Assembly: GCA_051362555.1 (NCBI GenBank)
Contig: CM120646.1
Location: 21,452,001-21,516,000, forward strand
DNA length: 64,000 bases
Reading direction: 5' to 3'
From: Lingula anatina
Lineage: Eukaryota; Animalia; Brachiopoda
Of this stretch, positions 15,172 through 28,566 are shown in pieces. The notes beneath the pieces were generated by a model that was not told where the DNA came from, made no database searches, and saw only the letters and a program-made list of their open reading frames with translations. The translations under genes were made by a program, and so were the position numbers. Position 1 is the stretch's first letter, and the number at the start of each line of letters is the position of its first letter.

Positions 15172-16985
15172 CTACAACGAAGTATCAAAAATTCTAATAA
15201 CAAATATGAAATAATCGCTTTTTTGGACACGTTACAAATTCAATGCACATGAAGTTTATTTTGTTGACATACTTCGATTTCTACGCCATGTGCAATTCAA
15301 TCATCAAATATCTGATAAATATGATATTTGCATGAAACTTATTCATGAAAGACCTCTTACGACTTTTACCATTCAATAATTGAATTCTATTTCCTATATT
15401 TGTCAATTCTTCCGTATACAACTTTCGTTTATGCGACAAATTAATTGTTCAAATTTTATTATCATGGTTTGGATCAAGTTGGAAATAAATCAAAATCATA
15501 CAACAATTTGTTATTGAGGCAATACATACACAAAGTTAGTGATTTAAAGTGAGTACCCTTGACCCGTGGGTCGTCAGTACAGGGTTACGTGAATAACAAT
15601 TTTTTTTAATTAATTTTCCAAATGTTTTGCCCACATTTGTCAAACAGTAACGAGGATCACATATAATCTTATAGCGAGCTTAAGCATGCCATAGGCCCAG
15701 TGCAGGATGTACGACTTGCTCACAATTTCTTTTTCACCTGACCTAATTAGCGTTAAACTTTTCTATGGCAAAAATGAAAAACCTTGGATATTTCTACACT
15801 ATTCTCTCAATCAACCCGGTATACCATACACAAAAACTTTGAAAAAATTATAATAGGAATTTGTACCATGTTTAGTCTTTTTCAGGTCTACTCGAAAAAC
15901 TTACTTTATTCTTTAAGGAAAAATGATCGTATATCTTTACATACCTATGACACACAACAGTGTCAGCAGAAGGACCCTTTTCCATGGCCGAATATCGGGC
16001 TGTGTTCTCGAGGCCATTTTGTTTCAGATGTTTGGCAATTCTCACTTAATTTCTAGTTGCCGCCATCGAAATAGCTAGAAAGAATAAAAATGTTCTTTAG
16101 GATTTATGCCTGTTGTGCATACCGCTTTTAATAGCATGGAATAACGCTGTTAGGTTACATAAGAAATGCTGTGATGTGGTTGGATGTTAACACAGAACTT
16201 ATAAATCCATGTAAAATATATCAATTATGAGTGTCTTTACAAAATAACATTTTGATTTACCACAAGATATCATTTTAATGCAGTACTGAATAAAAACTGA
16301 TCTTGAATCGAATTAAAACTTTAAAAATGCATGCAGTTCGTGGTCTTTATAACATAGATGAAAAATTAACTGAAATAACCTTTCGAAAAATGCCAATTAC
16401 ATAGGATCCCTTTATGAGTTCCTTAAGATTATATTTCCAATAAGCAACCGTAAGCTTAAAATTACTACGGTCTTCGATAACCTCGATTTACGTGTCTTTT
16501 TGGCTTATTTATAGGCCTACGCGAGATATGTATATGTTAAAGTTATTGAAAAGCGTCCCAATTTACAGTGTGCAACAGCGTATTGAAAAGTAAAAATCCT
16601 GTGGAACCCATAAGAACTTGAAATACGCAAAAATTGACAGCGGTTATATATAGAACGTGCAACAGACATTGGCGTGTCTCACAGGGAGGAATAACCTGAC
16701 AAGTACCTTCCCCAGCATGCAAGCTTAACAAAGGTGTGTTATGCGATGTGATGTAACACAAAATGGACAAGTGACGAAATATGCGTGTATGAGGGTGATT
16801 CATATTGGCTTTGTCACCATAATGTGCTGTAGAACCGTATATAGGTGATACTGTTACAGGCGACATACACGGATGCATAGTAAGAGCGGTCACTGGAAGG
16901 AGTGGTGGGTTTGCATTATACAGAAGTCGAAAAATTTGATAACCTCAATAGAAATGAACGTCGGAACCAAAACACACACACACCC

Positions 16986-17017
16986 TTTCTCTCTCTCTCT
17001 CTCCCTCTCTCTCTCTC

Positions 17018-17060
<43 letters not shown>
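16986..17060. repeat. Compound (CT)n(GT)n microsatellite
   Basis: Direct observation. Other simple repeats: (AAAT)n ~6490-6528, (GAAA)n ~7003-7036, (TTA)n ~18484-18527, (GA)n ~22165-22199 and ~37496-37546, (CA)n ~58244-58278. Confidence 0.9.
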
Positions 17061-17063
<3 letters not shown>

Positions 17064-18482
17064 TAAACTGTGAAAAAAAGAGAGAGAGAGGGTGGGGATA
17101 TCACCCAGGAAAGCAGATGTTATTAAGATTATCGATATACATGTATATATATTCATTTTTTACATTTAAATTTCCAAGGCTTTGTCACCAGTTCTAACTG
17201 TAAAATTCAGGCTTGCCATTCTTTAACCTGATGCAGGTAGGAATGACTCTTACAGTTCTGTCGACAGGTGATAATTATTTAATAACTTCATGGGCGTTAC
17301 CGTACGTATGGACTGTCTTGAGTTGTCACGTGAGGTAACTCATGCCAAGACACTCCGAACTATGTTTCACAAATGATCTGAAGCTTTATTTTCATGAGAT
17401 CAGCTAATAACAATCCGAGAAAAATCTATAATAACTCACAAAAATTACAACGCCTAACTATAAGTTTAGCTTGTACATATAGTGAAATGTGAACGCTTCA
17501 GGAGACCCGAATATTCATGTACAAACCACACTGCCTTTAGCTTTTATGCCTCTAGCTTTAAAATGAAAGTACAGAGGGTGCCGAAAATTAAGCATACATT
17601 CAACTGACGGTAACAGGTAATTTGTCACTGGTAATAAAAGTACAAGAAACACAGTCTCTCACTTTATAATATAATCATACCATGCTGAAGGCACTATCCT
17701 GAAGGTAGGCTACAGTTTAGTTAAAACATACATGTATTATCATCCAGGCCCGAGGACAGACAGGACAGGGTTCCATACGCATGTTAAATCATCTGACGTA
17801 GAGTTTCATATATATGACAGAATATAATGCAATACTTAGAACTTATAATCGGACAAGTTGCACGTGAATAAATAATGAACATACCAGTATACCCATCATG
17901 TCTGTCCAGTAGTTTTACTAGTGCATAACTTGAAATACTACTAGTGAACTGTCGGTTGCATAAGTCATATTGAAAATTGACAATTTCGTGTTAAATAAGT
18001 GATATACATTATACCATGTTCAATTGATTATCCATGCGTATTAATTATCGTGATGTCTTTCAGTGTGTGATGATAAGATTTGCGGTATATTTTACATTTT
18101 TCTTGGCGTGAAACGTCATTCTTTGGTATCATTTTCTATAACAAAAAAAAAAGGCTTTACGTTACTCATACTAGTAATATAAAAGTCAAAAGTATAGAGG
18201 GCGCTAGTTTCGTGCAGCCTACAGCTTGTTTGAAGCTCTCAATTTTAGTCGTTTTTTACCTGGTTCTGGTATTTTAGACGCATAAGTCATATACTGTGAT
18301 TTTAGTGAATGATCCAAGAATTCAATGTATCCACTGGACACTCTTTTTTCATGAATTTTTAAATTTTACATTAAAGAAACCTTGGATAATATATATCTTA
18401 ATCATTTTTATCTATAAACTTCTCTATATTTTATGTTGTACAGTTTTTGAACATTTTATGAATTTTAGACTCGAAATAAATA

Positions 18483-18527
<45 letters not shown>

Positions 18528-21500
18528 CTGATCAATTAGTGAATCCACTTGCTTATTTGAAATTTTAGATGTATTCAAATCTTAAAGTCGATTAAAAATA
18601 GATTGTAGACTTGTGAAAACTTAGGACCATGCGAGCCAAATATACAGATATAACCCCTATATTCAGTGGTTTTCGTCGTAATGCGTCAGCAATCTTGTTC
18701 GAAATCAAATATGCATCAAATCATACCCCAGATTTTAGCCAGACGACTTTACTTTCCTGCTCAAATTTCAGATGCTTATCAATCTTACTTATAATTGAGA
18801 AGTATTCACTGTATAGCTGAATGCGGAAGCAGGCAATGCAGCAAAGATGACATCTATAATTGGACATTCAAAACGTGATTCGTTTCATACGGAATCTCCT
18901 ACGCTTTGTTCGCATATAAAAAGCTTTGGGTTACATTTCGCACATGCTTTTGGGAGAAAAGTGGCTATTTTCAGTTTGTTACTTCATTGCAAGGACAATA
19001 AACCTCTACTCCACCCATATCTTTTCTATTAAGACGCTTTAGTCAGCTACCGAGCTTGAACAGGACGAGATCGCCATTGATCTGAGATCGCCATTGTACA
19101 GTGACAATAAATACCGTGTTGGGCGGTCATGTATGGGATCAATGCTATTGTTCTCTTCCATTTGGGGGTCAAAGTCACAAATGGAGAAGGGTTATTCACA
19201 TGGGCGTCACTACTCAGTCGGTCTTTCCCGAGAAGGAGGACAGCAACTGCTGGTATTTCCCGCGGGCAGAATAGAAGTTCCTGGTTGCTCGTTGCATTTT
19301 CTCAGTACAACACATTGTAGCAAAAGGTTTTCTTAACGAAATTGTACAGTTTACACCAATTTCAGTAATAATCCAACTCAACCTATTGAACTGCAATAGC
19401 CAAGGTCTTAAACGAGCGTTTTTCACGCAGAAAATGTCTCATCGAGCGATTGCAAATTTGCATTGGTGTTTATTGGTGCACGGCAGTCATGTCCCACCTG
19501 CGCTACTCGTCTTTGATATTGTTTAACAGCCGTGTCATTTTATGTCGTACATTGTAGCAAGTTATGAATGCGGACACACACTGCGACTTTTTCCTTGCTA
19601 GATTTTGTAAATAAAGATTTATCTGATCATCGTGTTAATCCAACTCTGAAAATTTAAAGATCAAATAAAAACGTTCATTTTCCTCGCATTAAAGTCATTG
19701 GAAATGCACTATGATTACGTTGAATTGATTAGATCGGGGCGACACGTAGCCTCCCATGATGGAAAATTTTGAATTGTACACTAAATGCATAAAAACATAG
19801 AATAAGAATAAAACAGTAAAGGATCATAATAAGAGAATAAAACATGCGCCAAATGGGAATTATTTTAAACGCACATGATTTTTAATATCAGCCGCATATG
19901 AAGTGAGAGGTCCGTGCGACAAAATTCCACTGTAGTGCTGTGGTATAGGGCTTCATTGATTAACGTTATCCAGTGGCTGGATGTTGGGCAAGAAATATTG
20001 CCACTGTGCTCTTCACAGTGGGATTACGTATTTAAACGTATTTTACACTTACATATATATGTACATATAGCTCTTTTGTGAATTAAAGGTTAAGCCATAT
20101 GATTAACACAACAGGCCAAAACATTAGGCCTACGAGTAAAAATGCATTCGCGCTTTCTTAGACGTCAGTTTCTGTTGTTTTACAGCCGTACGTGCATAGA
20201 TTGACTTATATTAAAGATTTTAGAAGGCTTGGTGACGTGTGAAGTTAAGATAATCTTGTCTGTAACCAAGTAAATCTGCACAATATATAGTTGGACAACT
20301 TATTGTACAACATGAAACCTCAGCAATCTTCGTACATAGCACATACTCATAAAATACTAATAAGTATATATAAGTATAATTATATGTCTCATAAGTATAT
20401 AATTATATACTTGAGTGATATACATGTATTTCTATTTTTCAATATATTATACATATTGCTACATCACCCCGACACATTTGCTTTGAAACTAACACAAAAC
20501 AGTCCTACAAGTTCTACCTATTTTCTAACAGATTTTCTAAAAAAATTTCAGCAGTCCTCTTTCCAAAATGGAGTTTGCCATTTATGATACACACGTATCA
20601 TTCAACAAGTGATGACTGAGACATTCATATTAAATTTGGTTTTTCAGTCACCGATATTCAAAATAGCTTCGTTTAAGCAAAGTGATACCAGACTCAACTA
20701 ATCTACACAGAGAAATGTCCACCAAAGGGAACAGACTGATTTATAAAATGAGGGTATGAAAGTGATATTCAAGCAGTCGAACTTTTTTTACTCATTTTAC
20801 TTATTTTGATACAGCCATACAGTTTTGTCATTTTTGGGGCATAAATGCATGGCAAAGCTTACATGAAATATTACGTCTCGTCATGACATTTCAAAATTCG
20901 TCACACAATATACAAGGTGTATAGTATACTGGATTTAATTTGATTTCTACAGTTATAGATACTGTAAAATAAGTTATCTTTAATGTGTTGTACCACATGG
21001 CTACCGTATTAAGCAAAAATGAGCGAATATACATGTGATCACAACTATACCCTCCCCCCCCCTCAAAAATGCTTTCATCTCACGTGGTGACCCCCCACAC
21101 GAAGCCTTTTTCCTACACATCCTCAATTCTAAGAAAGCTGGTATTTATTGTCAACCAAAAAAGGACACGCAGCTGTATATGGTCAATACTCCTTTCGGCG
21201 TTTTATTGTTGTCACATATCCACCCAAACTTAGCCCAGCGCATCCTATTTCAACTTCGATATTGAAAGGAGTTAAAAGATCAGGTGTTCCCCTTTTGTAA
21301 AGCAAAGCAAGTGGTATTTAAATTATGTAATACCCAGTTGGGCGCTATATATAGCTATATATTTCTTCTGCACTTAGGTATGAAACAAGGTACAGCTAGT
21401 GCATTTACATTTAACTGCGCATGGAGGTTCTACAATGGGATTTAGAAGTGATATTTATATGTGAATCATTCCCAAAAGTGGCAACGATATTAACTTCATA

Positions 21501-22160
21501 ATGAATAAGATTCTTATGAATAATAAACTATTTTCAAATTCCAAAAAATAGGAAGAAAACGGTTATTACTTAATTAAACTATTCCGTCCATATTATAATA
21601 TATTAGAACGTTCCCTCGCAAGCCTTTAGCATGCTATAATACTGTACATGTTAAGGAAAATTGTGTCTGTATTTGAAAAGGTCAATAATTTTGACACATA
21701 TGTGGTAATTTTTCTTGTAACCTTTTTTATAAGCGTGACAAAAAGATTAAGTCTGGATAGTGAAGTACATGGTAATTGCTTGAAAGGTATCCGAAAATTT
21801 TGTAGAAGAAAAAGGTAGGAAAAGTGGACGGTATTTGGGTGTAGAATATGTCCAGGAGGTCCTTACAAAGCACCTGTGTGCCAGTGTCACCCCTCATCCC
21901 TTTAATTATACCACCAGCAATACTGTAATAATACGACGGTCATTCTCTTACAGCGAGTTAGAGGTTATTGTCCGTTTAATTAGCACCTCTGTCATCATAA
22001 GTACAGGTATATATGTACCTGGAGAACAGGTGGGTGTTAAGAGAATATTTACACAGTTATTATAATAACAATGCATGAGATTATGGCTGTGGCAGTTGCG
22101 GTCTATTTCCGATATCGGAGACAAGGAGAAGGAGGGATCGAGGGAGGGATTGTGTGAAGG

Positions 22161-22204
<44 letters not shown>

Positions 22205-23142
22205 TCTCATAATTCACTCCAATGCATAGGGCATATTGCATTCCACAAAAAAAGTGATTCTCTTTGTTACGTATGTAACATTTACATAATTTGTACTTGC
22301 CCCATTTTGTTAACTGTTTCATACTATAGTTCCCCAATTATAAGAAGAAATCAACATAAAAAAATTAATATTAATTTTTTTGTGGAAATGATCCATGCTT
22401 AAATTATACTAAAAGTTTTTTCATATGGTCAATTGCAAAATAAATCACCCGTGGTCTGAAGAATTTTATTTCCCCTAACCTGGCAAATCTTACTATACAG
22501 GTAGGATGATCCAACCCATGTATGCATTCATTAACAATATTGCTGTCTGTTATATACGCACTTCTATGTATAAATATATTAATTATCATCAATAGAAATA
22601 ATGTATTGCGGAATATGTTGCCTTTTGTAGTATATGGCCACTTTATCTTCTCTTTTGGTCTTTGGACATTGACAATTGCCCTGGTCATTGGGCATTGACA
22701 ATTGCCCGGTTTTATGGCTCTTAAATGGAGAAATTGATAGTAGATCTTATATAAAAGACAATAAACAGACTTAAGATACTGCAATATAAAGACGACACTA
22801 TTACCAAATCGTAACTAAATGGGCTTAGGTATTGGTTTTTAATTATATTTTGCGTCTTTGGTCATTGGCAACATCACTGAGTAATACAGACTATATATAC
22901 TCAAGTGGCATTGATTCTTCAAGATTAATAATACTTGAAACAAACGGATTATACCTTCCAGAATGTAACAGAAAATAACTGTCTATTGCCTTTGGAATCT
23001 TAAAGCGATTTGATACAAATTGGCGATTGCATACGTTTGTATCGATTTTCGTTGCTGCGGCACGCCCATTATTAATAAATCAACCGGCAACCCTCATACC
23101 GGAAAACTATGCTTTAAATAAGGGCGCTTAAAATGATCTTAC

Positions 23143-23900
23143 CTTTTTCCTTGCGAAACTGCGTCAAACGTCGCCGCCAATTGTTGCGTTATATCCCAAA
23201 AGACGCAGCAGCTTTTAAAGAACCCGTTTTTTTTGTTCACAGCCGTTCTCTTCCACCTTCTCCAAGATATATTCCCAAACGTCAGTATATAGCGCGTAAC
23301 AAGTAATCCTTGGGAATCCCTCTTATAGAGTCGTGCGTATTTGTTATCCGAGTAGTATGGTATATAATAATCCCAAATAACAAAGAAACCAACTACAACT
23401 GGCCCACAACAAAATTTTCTTTAAAAGAAAAGTCGTGATGAATATTTACCTTCCGTGATCACTAGTAATCCTGTAAGAGGTGGGTTCAATTTGAACTTCA
23501 CTCTGACCCCGCCCTCGTTAACGCCAAACCACGCGTGCAGTTGACCACTACCTCGGCAGAGCCCCTGATGATGTAACCACGCTCTGCGGTTAACTTAACA
23601 GTACTAGTACTGGGTTCCACACGTGGAGCGAGGATGATACAGTCCGCCCAGGGTAAAAAATACCCAGTCACTACCGAAGCGTCCGGTGGTCAGTATGCGG
23701 TGACTCCAGTACCTTGTTGACCTCAATATGACCAAGCCCAACGAGCCACTGTTTATTCGAATCAATGCTCGCACTGGCAGCTTATTGTTACATTAGCTTA
23801 ATCGAAGCTACCGTGAATAGTGGGCGTGTTTGCCAACGGTTTAAATATACCGGGGGTTGGTCCACCGAGTTTCCAGACTTATTGCTCTAAAGCAGCATGT
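23143..23900 (-). promoter_or_regulatory. Candidate promoter / non-coding first exon, possibly of the mucin-like gene
   Basis: CpG-richer island in an otherwise AT-rich region, ending at a strong minus-strand donor AAG|GTAAGA at 23143/23142; no ATG seen in 23143-23400. Link to the mucin gene is inference. Confidence 0.3.
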
Positions 23901-25334
23901 TAAATTAGATATAATAAATATTAATGATAAAAGTGATGATAGTGCGGTTAAAAAGAATAGCGAATAAATTGTTTTTGAATTTTACGTACTGCGCTAAAAA
24001 AACTGTTGTGGAATTCCCACCTATGGTTGAAATTTTATGTGAAGTTTCTTTTTTTTTAGTGTGTAAAAGTCTAGAACTAGTCCTTTTATAAAGACTGCAA
24101 GCGCTAAAAATGGCTTTGATTTACTTATGAAATAAACTAACGCTCAACATTAATTACAATTAATTCAGTACAGATTTCTGTAACAGAGTTGTTAATTTTG
24201 CAATTTGCATAACGCACGTTTGTTACCCTGCAACATTTATCCGTTTTGTGAGTTATTCTAATAGTTATTCCAATTATTTTTCTTTCCAGGAAAGAGAAAA
24301 GCGCCTTTCAATTCTCACATTTCTTATCTGTATCAGCCCGTTTGCATGCCATGTCATTACAAAATAATATCTTTCGCACGATAAGAGACAAAATTGAAGA
24401 ATTACACAATCGATTACTCTTTGGGTGTATTACAATTCTGCTTATAACAATACTTGAGCGCCAACGCCCAAAGTATAAATAGCAAATAAGAAAAGTGGAC
24501 ACCAAGCACAATGCACGTGGTACCTGTTCGATTAGACTATAACAAAAGACGATTTCAGACTCCTACTAAACAAACACGCGCTGAATGTCCAAGCTGCCGG
24601 AGAAAGGTTAAATTACACTAAGCGCGGACCGTTGAATGTCGTGAAGGGTCCCGCTCTCGTATTACTGAAGATTTAAGGGCTGTACCTACACTTTGTAAAT
24701 ACGACAACACCCTGCGTTGTCTTGTTGGTTGTTTATCTTCTGGTTTTTCAGGTCAAGGTTGTTTTTCGGGATATGTTTTTCTGAACCAGAGAAGATTTTT
24801 AAAAATTCGGTTTGCTGCTAGTAGCTACAATTAAATGTAGCATTATGGAAAAGTGAACGATGGTTTTGTCGGTTGTTGCGCGCGATAAACCTTCCAGATT
24901 GTCGCTGCAGACAATAAACGTCATTTTTTATCTCTTCTAAATAGGAATTTAAGAGAGCCTCACAAAACAGAACATTTATTTTGTAAACGTGTTAAATTTT
25001 TTTTAAAATATGCCTTAATAGTCGAAGAAGATGATCCTTTTTATAGTTAAGTTACAAAAGGTGATTACAAGATTGTAAACAGTGTGTAATTTAATAAAGA
25101 CAAATATTCATGGTTTCGCGGGCAAGCCCTCTTAAATCAAATTCTGATAGAAATAGCAACACTTCTTATGCACGTAAAATGTATATAAAATGAGAAAAAC
25201 ACACATTTACAAATTATAAGTTCGTCTTTATTCTCCATCTAGTTTACGCAGTGCGTGGGAAATTTGTTTAAATATACAAGGAAGTTACTTGGCAATCCGT
25301 TTCTTGCAATGCAAACCAGCCCTCCCCCCCTCCA

Positions 25335-25372
<38 letters not shown>

Positions 25373-25789
25373 TTTTTTACGAAGATAAAAAAATGTCCAA
25401 GTATCAGCCAAGTGTTGGGCCCTCTATCCTAGAGTGCACTACATATTGATTAACTTTGACCCATTCCACAATTTTCACCCTTATACATACAGCAAATACA
25501 CCTGTAAAATATGTTCTCACCAGTATCACAACAAGAACTATCCAACTTTTACATCCTGACTGATCCTTTATGGCATACCACGGGTGAAAAAGAAAAAACA
25601 AAAACAATATTGCACTTTGCTTACACAACAGATATTGTAATTTTGACCAGTCCATTCTCAAGTGCCACCCATACCAACATTACGAATTCATACACATAAT
25701 TACATCAGTATACAGTGTAAACTACGTCTGTTATATTACAAGGTATAAGAGACCAGCTGTTTGAAAGCATGGAAAGAAGGTTGTCAACA

Positions 25790-27805
25790 CTATCTCAAGT
25801 CTTCAGCCGAAAACATGCCCTAAAAAGAGAAAAATAATGTAATAACTGGCATGATCACAAAGGGGAGACTTTAAAAATACATTGAATTCTGGTTTTCAAC
25901 CCATTTTTTGCATATATACAATATCAGGGATCCTGTAAAAACATCAAACCAAAAATTGTCTGACAATACAATTTCAAATTCGTCTCTTATTACAGAAATG
26001 ATGTGAACAAGAGGAAATTCATTGGAAGAGAACAATGTAAAAGTAAGTGTATAAAACCTCAATTTTGGCTCACATTAACAGGTTGGTATACCTTTATTTG
26101 AATATAAAAAATAAAAAGTGTATAAAAAGAGTTACCCTGGCTCTCCTGAGTATGGAGTCTTTAGCTGGATCATAGGGATGTTCTTTACTAGGAATCTCCA
26201 ACACTGCAGGAATGGGTTGTGTATAGACATCAATGATATGACGGATCATTTCAGCTATCTAAAAAAAAAAAAAAAAAAAAAAAAGAAAGTGATCAGTGTT
26301 TTAAAGAAAATGCACATAAGTGGCTGGCTGAATTTTTTTCACTAGGGTAAAGGCAGGTATTTTTGTAGATGCGTTAGGAGTGGTAACACTTTGCTGTTGC
26401 TCAACTAACAGACTCTTGTGTCAAACTGTGACAAAAGTCGGTCACTTATTCAGTTGTGCTATAATATAACCAAAATGGGGTAAAATGGACTACTGTAGGA
26501 AAAAAAGTGATAATTTCCAAGCTAGATTTCTCAACACATAAGAACCTTCAGCATATCCAACCATAAATAGCACAGACCCCCCCCCCCCCCTAAAAAAAAA
26601 GTACTTACATGCTGATTTATCAAAATAATAGCAATATCATCTCTAGTAACTAGGGCCTTGAAACCATCTTCTATTTCTGCGATACTAGTTGCTGAAAATA
26701 TCATAACAAAAGAAAAAGTTGTATACAAATAATACAAAGTAACCAAATATCCACTTTTATCTCTGATACTAAATATACTACTCAGAAAGATAATTTTTAA
26801 AATACACAAAAATTTAGCAATCCAGTAACCTATTTTTGAAGGAAAATTATCTGCAAATAACTTCCAAGCTGTCCTCACATTTTATGTATCTATTATATTT
26901 CACTGTAATTTACTGTCATTTTATCTTTAAGACATTGCACATCTGTGAAACTGTAAATTTCGTCAGTATATGGTGATACATAGTTTGTATATGATAATCT
27001 AAAATCAGTTGTTACTATACTTTTTCTTACAATATAAAACCAATTACTTATAATTTTCTGCCTTTATCTTACTAGATATTAATACCTCATTTCCTTACCT
27101 TTGTCTACCACCAAAAAGTTTGGCTGCCTGTGTCTGTTGACCTCTCCTATGCCTCCCATCAGAAAACCTGTACATGTGTCCTGAAACAGAAAGAGTTTAT
27201 TGAAATATATTCATATATTGGGGTAAATGAAGATTAGCAAACTTAGGGCAACAGCTGCTGGTCAGATTGGAAAATTAGTAGTCTGGGGCCATTGGGTTAG
27301 TGGTTATTGTCAATGATGATGACCAATTTTTATTAAAACTCTTACTCAGTTTACAATGTCAGTTAAAATACATCTGATAATTTAATCTGAATTATGACAA
27401 ACCAGTATCTGATTAGTCAATATTTCAATTATTTGCTACCAAATATTATCATCCTGTAGATGAGAAAAATTACGGAAATGAGGAATACAGGTTATAAGAT
27501 GTAACTGACAAAGACAAGATACCGACATTTAAACTAAATATAGAATTTTGAAGGTAGCACTAAAGAGTGAACCAAAACAGTAAAGAGTCACCCTCAGTAC
27601 CAGGGGAATCATGTGACTCGTGCGGTCACCAGAACACCGGAAAATGGGCCTAATACACAAATCTATAAGTCATTTGTTTATATGTATCCTACATATTCGA
27701 GCAAATATATCTGTTAAATGTGCCTTACGAATTTCAAAATAAAACAGTACTTACTTCATCGCCAATTACTGCAATTAATCGACCTCTTGCGCTGGAGTGA
27801 GCCAT
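25790..27805 (-). CDS. ATP6V1F: V-type proton ATPase subunit F (122 aa)
   Basis: Exons 27805-27755, 27180-27099, 26691-26609, 26258-26136, 25819-25790 give [32 protein letters not shown]...[21 protein letters not shown]...[34 protein letters not shown]. Confidence 0.97.
27609..27617. promoter_or_regulatory. M-box/CLEAR-like element TCATGTGAC in ATP6V1F intron 1
   Basis: Exact TCATGTGA motif ~140 bp into intron 1; MITF/TFEB-family factors regulate V-ATPase subunit genes through such motifs in flies and mammals. Confidence 0.45.
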
Positions 27806-28566
27806 ACTGTTCAATGTCAAGGTCAACTAAATAAAACATACCCTCGAATAAAAATATTTCCTTTGCGGACATGTAATAGGTTTTTATGCTTCAAAATTGA
27901 TACTGATAGTTAAATATAATAATGAATATGTAAATGTAAATGAAATCTGTCTTATATTCACAAGAATCATTAATCTGCATTTTAAGGTGTAAATTGTGAA
28001 GATTCTATGTCTTCGAGAGTATGTTATTATGTGATGGATGACGTATAAGTGTGCAGCAGGTATTTTTACTGAGATCTAATTTATTTTGATAACCAACCCT
28101 GTTTATGGGAAGCGCATCCATATCGACAGACAAGCCATACATCTGGTGAGTGTGTCGTTTATGACAGATTCTTAAGCATTTTATACATAACTGGAGATGT
28201 TGAAAAACCTGGGAATTTCCAATTTCAGACACGGGAATCCCATTTAAGGCTTTTACACTAAGCTCTTTCACTTCAGCTAAATCCAGAATTAGGCATTTTT
28301 CTAGAAGGTTCATATTCATAGCTTTCAAATGAAATCTCTGATCCCTAACTTCGCCGTCACTTATGCTTCCAGGGCCTTATTAGTTAAGTTCAGGAAGTGG
28401 AAAGTACCCATATTATCATTAGCGAGAGAAAACGATGTGTGGTTGCCCATAAGAGCACCCTATAATAGTTGTACGTCATAACTTTCCTCATTGTTTAGAT
28501 TGCAGGTCATTAGAGACACACTCAAGGAAGGTACTGTTGACCAGCTGAGAGCTAATAGGGATCACA

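Noticed and set aside
10413-15197. Long plus-strand ORFs (620, 274, 588 aa) antisense to the giant exon
   Set aside because: Shadow frames of a low-complexity tandem repeat; the minus-strand frame splices in phase into EGF exons, while the plus frames have no domains or splice context.
16543-16893. 116-aa ORF with a few Cys (GEGTCQVIPPCETRQC) as a possible upstream mucin exon
   Set aside because: No EGF spacing, no signal peptide, no convincing splice sites.
21948-22337. 129-aa ORF and possible acceptor at ~22020
   Set aside because: Runs through a (GA)n microsatellite; the candidate exon gives no signal peptide and the wrong phase for the 15171 acceptor.
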